This document shows positions 58,731-64,000 of a stretch of 64,000 bases of DNA, piece by piece; position 1 is the stretch's first letter; every line of letters begins with the position of its first letter. The stretch comes from a virus. Below the pieces are notes generated by a model. That model was not told the DNA's origin. It was given only the letters and a program-made list of their open reading frames with translations, and ran no database searches. The position numbers were made by a program, and so were the translations under genes. The stretch lies in IMG/VR virus record IMGVR_UViG_3300025133_008097, positions 1 through 64,000 of that record; one strand, given 5' to 3'.

Positions 58731-61421
58731 ATGGGGGCATATTCTAACTTCTCTTTATTAGTTGAAGAGGACAACATAGGCATCAAACTAAGAGCATCCA
58801 AGAAACAATCGCCTTACTTTTTACATCCTCTGGTGCGCAATAGGTGGGGCACAAAAGACCTCCTCCGCGGCGCCCAAGGATATTATTTTGCCAAAGGGAG
58901 CTATAAGGGGCAGCCGCGGCTATTTGATTTTGTTAATCACCCATGGTACGGCCCCCGTATTAATCGCCCTCTGCAAGTTCCTGGCGGAGGAAGGTTTACT
59001 GATTCATATTTTACACTGTATGCCAACGACACGCCCTGGAATCAGGCGCCCACCAAAAAAGTGAAGAGTCAACTTGAAGATTATCTCTCAAAGCCTCAAA
59101 CGTCTGCACGAAAGGGTGATCCAAACTTTTATCAGTATTTGGCAGGAAATATTAGTGAGACGACATACTATAAGAGTAAACAACAGCCTATAGTTTCGCC
59201 CCTCTTAAAATTAGATACAAACTTTACCGATCACCATACGCACTACTATTATCCGCCCACCTCCAAAAGAGTGCTAGAAAAAAGTGATTATAATTTACAA
59301 GTAAATTCTTATTATAATTTTTATCTTGATACCTCTCCTCCCTATGAAACGGTAACGTCCAACGCCGGCGCCGGCGCAGAACTAGTGCTCCCCAATTTGT
59401 ACATGCTGGAATCTGACATACATAACACCGCTAGTGTAAACTACAGCGAGCAACTTACTTTAAACAATGCTAGTAATTTTTATGATGGACCGCAACTGGA
59501 TGTGTGGTTCTTAAAGCAAAACCAAACGAGTGCTGAGGGTAGCCAGTCGTATTATCAGCAGTTTTCTGAGACGCTAGGGCAATTGAACCGCTCTGGAGCC
59601 ATAAAAAAGGTCAAAGGGGCGTTTAAAAGAAAGTTTCGAAATGTTGTAGTTCTCTATCCTGATCTGGATATACTTAAAAAGTACATCATCAGGGATGACA
59701 AGGGCACACCAGGCGATACATCTGACGATGTGAAATCTACTTCTTTTTGTCCTTTTTATAATGAAGTTGTTGTTGGCTTTGACAAGAACGATGTTTTGGG
59801 GATTGGGGGTAAGCCTGGAGCACAGTCCTTTTTTACTTCGTTGTTTGCCTCCAAACTTGGCGCCGATGAGGTAAGAAGCTTTATAGTGATCCTACAATTG
59901 TATATCGTGGAGATGATGAGCGCCGGAAAGGTCGACCGCTTTCGGGGACAAAAATGGAGTCGGGAAGTAATTTCTCCCACCGGCGCCTGGCGCGCCTCCT
60001 TAACCAAGCTCGATGATAAGAGTGATGTGGTCTTTAAAATGCATGAGTTCCTCTATCGGTTAAGAAATAAGGAGTTGGACTATTTGTTGGATGTTTATAA
60101 TAAGTCTAAAGAAGAGGCGTCTCCAAATTCAAATTATACTATTCTGCGAGAGTGGGAAAAGGGAGGAGAGCTATTTCAGCTAAATATAAAAGATGCGATT
60201 AAAGTTGCAAACAGTGATGAGTTTGAAGAACTTCTAGAAGATAGAAAAAGAAATCTTGTTCAAGTATATAGGAATGCCGCAGCCCCCAGTGAGACGCTAA
60301 TGTATCTCATTGAAAAAAGAGTAAAGCCCACGGCAAAAGGTCTTCACGGCCCTCTTCTGCAGACAATGATTCTTTCAAAGGATGTTGTTTTTAGTGAACT
60401 GTTAAGATATATTGATACCCAAGTTAAATATGGAATAAGATATAAATATGAAATAAAACAAGTACGGGTAGTATTCGGAAATGAATATAGCTATGATAGT
60501 GTGGGCTTTGACTTCGGCCCCTCTAGGACAGGGGAAGGTCGTGCCGTAGGAAACGCTCTAGGATTTTATAAGCCGCCCGGGAACGCAACGGTTAACAACG
60601 AAGCTCCGAGTCTGCAATATGCATATCAGACACGCGGCAATCCTCAACGACGAGGAAAGTCTCAAGCAGGGAATTTTATATTTAGTCTTCCGAAGGCCAC
60701 GGTACAAAAATTAAAAAAGGAAAAGGTGTTGCCATCCTCTGTAAAAGGCGGAGTTACTTCTCCTGCAATTCAATACTATCGGGCAATACAAAAGGGAGTA
60801 GCCGATTTTTCTGGCTTGGTGGTAGAGCTGCATGCCGGCACCACCGCGAACAGCGGAATGACTGCACACACCATAGAGATCCCGTCAGACCTACAAGGCT
60901 CGTCGCGAAGGCTAACCAAGGCATTCAATGCCGACGACGAGCCTAATACTAACGCCAGTCCAATGCCCAATTACAAATATGCAATCGATCTTTTAAGTGG
61001 CGATGCTGTGGGAAGCCAGACAGAATTAGACCAAACAGTTAGAGAAATAGAGATTTATTTCCGAGGCATTATAGAGAGAAATGACCGCCAAAAGGTTAAC
61101 AAACTCTTGGAGTCTATGAGGAATATCCGCGATAATTTTGCACAGCCATTACCGGGGACACCCTCAGTGGTGGTAAGTGATGTTAGGTTTAATGCAGCCA
61201 CCACAATATATAATATGGTAGACAACAAGGTGCGAGACTTACTGAGTGTTGTTCCATCGGAGTCAGATATGAAAGAGGTGCCGACTCGCATGCCCCCCAT
61301 CCTGAAAGAGATTTTGGAGTCGGAGGGCGACGATCCGGCACAGCAAAGATCTATGGCCACCACATTTGGGGGCCCTAGAGGAAATAAGCGCAATACTCGG
61401 ATGAAGTTGAGGAAGATGTAA
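58731..61421 (+). CDS. Large (896 aa) putative virion protein
   Basis: Long ORF; FN3/Ig-like YIDTQVKYGIRYKYEI strand motif. Confidence 0.65.
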   Translation: MGAYSNFSLLVEEDNIGIKLRASKKQSPYFLHPLVRNRWGTKDLLRGAQGYYFAKGSYKGQPRLFDFVNHPWYGPRINRPLQVPGGGRFTDSYFTLYANDTPWNQAPTKKVKSQLEDYLSKPQTSARKGDPNFYQYLAGNISETTYYKSKQQPIVSPLLKLDTNFTDHHTHYYYPPTSKRVLEKSDYNLQVNSYYNFYLDTSPPYETVTSNAGAGAELVLPNLYMLESDIHNTASVNYSEQLTLNNASNFYDGPQLDVWFLKQNQTSAEGSQSYYQQFSETLGQLNRSGAIKKVKGAFKRKFRNVVVLYPDLDILKKYIIRDDKGTPGDTSDDVKSTSFCPFYNEVVVGFDKNDVLGIGGKPGAQSFFTSLFASKLGADEVRSFIVILQLYIVEMMSAGKVDRFRGQKWSREVISPTGAWRASLTKLDDKSDVVFKMHEFLYRLRNKELDYLLDVYNKSKEEASPNSNYTILREWEKGGELFQLNIKDAIKVANSDEFEELLEDRKRNLVQVYRNAAAPSETLMYLIEKRVKPTAKGLHGPLLQTMILSKDVVFSELLRYIDTQVKYGIRYKYEIKQVRVVFGNEYSYDSVGFDFGPSRTGEGRAVGNALGFYKPPGNATVNNEAPSLQYAYQTRGNPQRRGKSQAGNFIFSLPKATVQKLKKEKVLPSSVKGGVTSPAIQYYRAIQKGVADFSGLVVELHAGTTANSGMTAHTIEIPSDLQGSSRRLTKAFNADDEPNTNASPMPNYKYAIDLLSGDAVGSQTELDQTVREIEIYFRGIIERNDRQKVNKLLESMRNIRDNFAQPLPGTPSVVVSDVRFNAATTIYNMVDNKVRDLLSVVPSESDMKEVPTRMPPILKEILESEGDDPAQQRSMATTFGGPRGNKRNTRMKLRKM

Positions 61422-61424
61422 AAT

Positions 61425-62747
61425 ATGGCAATCAAATCAATTAATTGGTGGCTAGACATCGAAGAGTATGAGGGAAATGCTCTGGCCAACTCCTTTTCTG
61501 CAGGCCCAATCGTAAGATCTTGGGACGAAACAAATGCGGCAGATCCTCAGAAGTTCATGACAATTCAGGAACTGGTCGATGAGATAAATGAATTGTTTGT
61601 GCACGCCTGGGACGAGGGCAATGGCGACACTCAAAACCTATATGAAGTTATTCCCACCTTGGTTTCCACTAGCGAGACTGTGCAAGGCAGCACCGCCGGG
61701 CAAGCTACCATTCGGTTTGAGTTTATTCGGAAGTATCCCATTTATGCCCCCGGCGCCGCGGCCCAGAAAACATTTAAAATAGCTCTAGAGAGCGGCCCTC
61801 ACGGAGCTGCCACGCTGCAGCCCCAATCCCCTAAGCTTCCCGCTGCTAGAGTAGCATATACCAACGAAGAAAGCGTGCAAGGACTCACGCTCCCCTATTG
61901 GTCTGAGAATACCGTAATAACAGATAAACCTCCTATCGCTCCTGATGTGGTTTTTGTACCCTTCTTGGGAGTGAGCAATAAGATTTTATTGTTGCTTGAT
62001 GGCAATATGGGAGACTTGAATCTGAAGCCCATAATAATAAAGGATACTGATAGCTCTTTTATGGTCGAGGAACTTTTTTCCCAACTTAAATTGTCTGTAC
62101 CCCAATCTGATGTGCGCAATTATGTAAAAACTAAAGATGTTGAACTAAACTATCGCAGCGACGATCCTATAAGAAGCTATCAAATCTTTAGACTGCGGAA
62201 AAAGCCCACTTCATACGAGGACTTTAATACCCCTAGAAACCCGATCGCGACAATCTCGGAAGTCATAGCGCCCAACAAACCATCTACACCAGCGACACAC
62301 TTAAGCACCATCCGGCCCAACACTAAATATTATTATTGTGTGAGAGGGATCGATATCCATAATAACATTTCTAACCCTACAGAGGTGTTTGAAGTAGAAA
62401 TGGTGGACAATAATGGTCAAATTTTTTATACTATGAAGACCTACGATATGGTTCCTGCACCCCCGGATAACTGCACCATGACGGGCCGGCGCTTCATTTA
62501 TATTGCACCGGCACCACAACAGGCGGTCTTCGACAGAGAGACATTTATGAGTTCGAACGCTATAAAAGATAAACCAGAGAATATAAAAATAACTGATTTA
62601 CCGCCGGAAAATGTGTTAGGATATCTACCAGAAGATGCTTCACCGGTGTGGGATAAAAAATTCAAGGTTAGAGTAACCAGCTCAAAAACTGGTAAGAAAT
62701 TTGATTTGAACATTACTGTTAAAAACAGTGGAGTTAATAATCCATAG
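61425..62747 (+). CDS. Putative virion protein with a fibronectin type III-like domain
   Basis: PPIAP, YQIFRL and IRPNTKYYYCVRGID FN3-type motifs. Confidence 0.65.
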   Translation: MAIKSINWWLDIEEYEGNALANSFSAGPIVRSWDETNAADPQKFMTIQELVDEINELFVHAWDEGNGDTQNLYEVIPTLVSTSETVQGSTAGQATIRFEFIRKYPIYAPGAAAQKTFKIALESGPHGAATLQPQSPKLPAARVAYTNEESVQGLTLPYWSENTVITDKPPIAPDVVFVPFLGVSNKILLLLDGNMGDLNLKPIIIKDTDSSFMVEELFSQLKLSVPQSDVRNYVKTKDVELNYRSDDPIRSYQIFRLRKKPTSYEDFNTPRNPIATISEVIAPNKPSTPATHLSTIRPNTKYYYCVRGIDIHNNISNPTEVFEVEMVDNNGQIFYTMKTYDMVPAPPDNCTMTGRRFIYIAPAPQQAVFDRETFMSSNAIKDKPENIKITDLPPENVLGYLPEDASPVWDKKFKVRVTSSKTGKKFDLNITVKNSGVNNP

Positions 62748-62767
62748 GAATAATTGCTATTTTGTAA

Positions 62768-62775
62768 CTATTTAA
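62768..62775 (+). promoter_or_regulatory. Candidate late-promoter motif CTATTTAA
   Basis: In an intergenic gap directly upstream of the GAGGAGAGG SD of 62792. Confidence 0.4.
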
Positions 62776-62791
62776 GAGGAGAGGAAAAAAT

Positions 62792-63745
62792 ATGGGATTC
62801 TTGCAAAACGATGGCGACATCATCTTAGATGCCGTCTTAACTGATACCGGAAGGATGAGGCTCGCCAAAGGCGATGGGAGCTTCAAAATTTCTAAGTTCG
62901 CCTTGGGCGACGACGAAATTAATTATAGCTTGTATGATAAGAACAACACTAGCGGTTCGGCATACTATGATTTAACAATTTTACAAACGCCAGTGTTGGA
63001 GGCATTTACGAACAATACCTCAACCATGAAGTCGAAATTAGTTTCAATTAATAGAAATGATATTTTATATCTTCCTGTGTTGGAACTTTATACTACTGCA
63101 GGGAAGGGTTCTGCTAAGAATGCGAACGGCACCTTCAATGTCGCTGTTGATAAAAACACCGTGGATACTCTCGTGACGCCAGGTACCGGTATCCTAAATG
63201 GATTTAAGCCCAACGATGATGCTTCCCGAATAGAAGTCCACCAGGGGCTCGATACAACCGAACTCTCCAACGAAGAGCCTCTCTCTCGTGACTTGGTCGA
63301 GGTTGCCTACATTGTTGAAATTGACAATAGGTTTGGAGCTATTTTTCCACCGCCTGGCGGAGTCTCTAGTAATGTGCTAGAAACAGACACCCAAAGCCCT
63401 GCGGCAACACCATCATTTATTGATGATGATAACATTGCGTCTTATTATTTTACTTTACGCAACACCAATGGCTTTGTATCTAACCTAGGCGGCACCGAAG
63501 ACTCCTCCATCGCCGGTCCCCGCGGCACAAAACTAGGATTGAGAATTATGTCGAGTCTCGAATTGCGAACCAGTGACTATTTGTTTACCCAGCTTGGTAC
63601 ACTAGCAACATCGGCTCTCACCAACGATGCCGGGACGAATCTCAGTTCCGCCAATTATCGATTCATTGACACAAGCGTTCGTATAACGGGCGTTAACACA
63701 GGGTATAGGATTGACATTCCAGTTCGGTTTGTAAGATCGGTATAG
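62792..63745 (+). CDS. Virion protein with an N-terminal tail-collar-fibre-like module
   Basis: ILDAVLTDTGRMRLAKGDGSFKISKFALGDDEINY resembles the LTxxGxxxLA...I.kmavGD pattern of DUF3751-type fibre N-termini. Confidence 0.55.
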   Translation: MGFLQNDGDIILDAVLTDTGRMRLAKGDGSFKISKFALGDDEINYSLYDKNNTSGSAYYDLTILQTPVLEAFTNNTSTMKSKLVSINRNDILYLPVLELYTTAGKGSAKNANGTFNVAVDKNTVDTLVTPGTGILNGFKPNDDASRIEVHQGLDTTELSNEEPLSRDLVEVAYIVEIDNRFGAIFPPPGGVSSNVLETDTQSPAATPSFIDDDNIASYYFTLRNTNGFVSNLGGTEDSSIAGPRGTKLGLRIMSSLELRTSDYLFTQLGTLATSALTNDAGTNLSSANYRFIDTSVRITGVNTGYRIDIPVRFVRSV

Positions 63746-63760
63746 GAAGAAGGATAAACC

Positions 63761-64000
63761 ATGGCCACCACATTTAAATCTCTACGTTCGAAAGACGTTG
63801 TTTCCACTCGGACGATGCTTCACGAAGCGATCCCGGTTACGGGAACGATTGTTTCCGGAACGTACAATGATCTAAACATCAAAAACTATGCTCACGGAAT
63901 ATTCCAGTCAGTTTTTGATTACCCATACTTAAGTTCGTCGGCGAATCATATTTTTGATATCACCGCTGGCTACTCGAATGGCTCCGCGTGTTCTGCCTCG
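63761..64000 (+). CDS. 5' part of a putative virion protein, truncated by the window end
   Basis: AAGGA SD, ATG at 63761, open for 80 codons to the window end. Confidence 0.7.
   Translation, partial: MATTFKSLRSKDVVSTRTMLHEAIPVTGTIVSGTYNDLNIKNYAHGIFQSVFDYPYLSSSANHIFDITAGYSNGSACSAS

Noticed and set aside
1-64000. Stop-codon reassignment (alternative genetic code) as in some jumbo phages
   Set aside because: Conserved genes are intact under code 11 and end at TAA, TAG and TGA at the expected protein ends

Overview
A very densely coded fragment of a large tailed dsDNA bacteriophage genome (jumbo-type myovirus with a contractile tail). All credible genes lie on the + strand, many are coupled by ATGA/TAATG overlaps, and they carry bacterial Shine-Dalgarno motifs. 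Four blocks are visible. (1) 1-6.5 kb: accessory genes, including a secreted metzincin protease, a TrmH/SpoU methyltransferase, tRNA-Asn(GTT), a HIGH-type cytidylyltransferase, PIN-PhoH, a second HExxH protease and a Cas4/AddB-like PD-(D/E)XK nuclease. (2) 6.5-28.7 kb: a glycan-biosynthesis island of about 22 kb. It encodes six soluble glycosyltransferases, a NeuB-SAF-cupin fusion, a mini-HAD phosphatase, a YerE-like ThDP enzyme plus an SDR, an NDP-sugar C-methyltransferase, an E1/RfbH-type 3-dehydrase, a ferredoxin, IscA and IscU, two radical SAM enzymes (one B12-binding), RmlB-like, Fcl and Gmd enzymes and a sulfotransferase. I found no flippase, polymerase or initiating transferase. (3) 28.7-30.6 kb: small genes plus a gp55-like phage sigma factor and a possible gp16-like small terminase. 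(4) 30.6-64 kb: baseplate/tail module, with a GH19 lysozyme-bearing hub, a spike-like protein, gp25-like and gp6/J-like wedges, a DNRLRE protein, a 3883-aa wedge-anchored protein with several LamG domains and other large virion proteins. The most interesting candidate system is a phage-encoded pathway for rare branched-chain, 3,6-dideoxy and nonulosonic sugars, with its own Fe-S supply. It probably decorates a cytoplasmic acceptor such as the Ser/Thr-rich virion proteins encoded next door. All annotations come from motif recognition by eye; no database searches or alignments were run.
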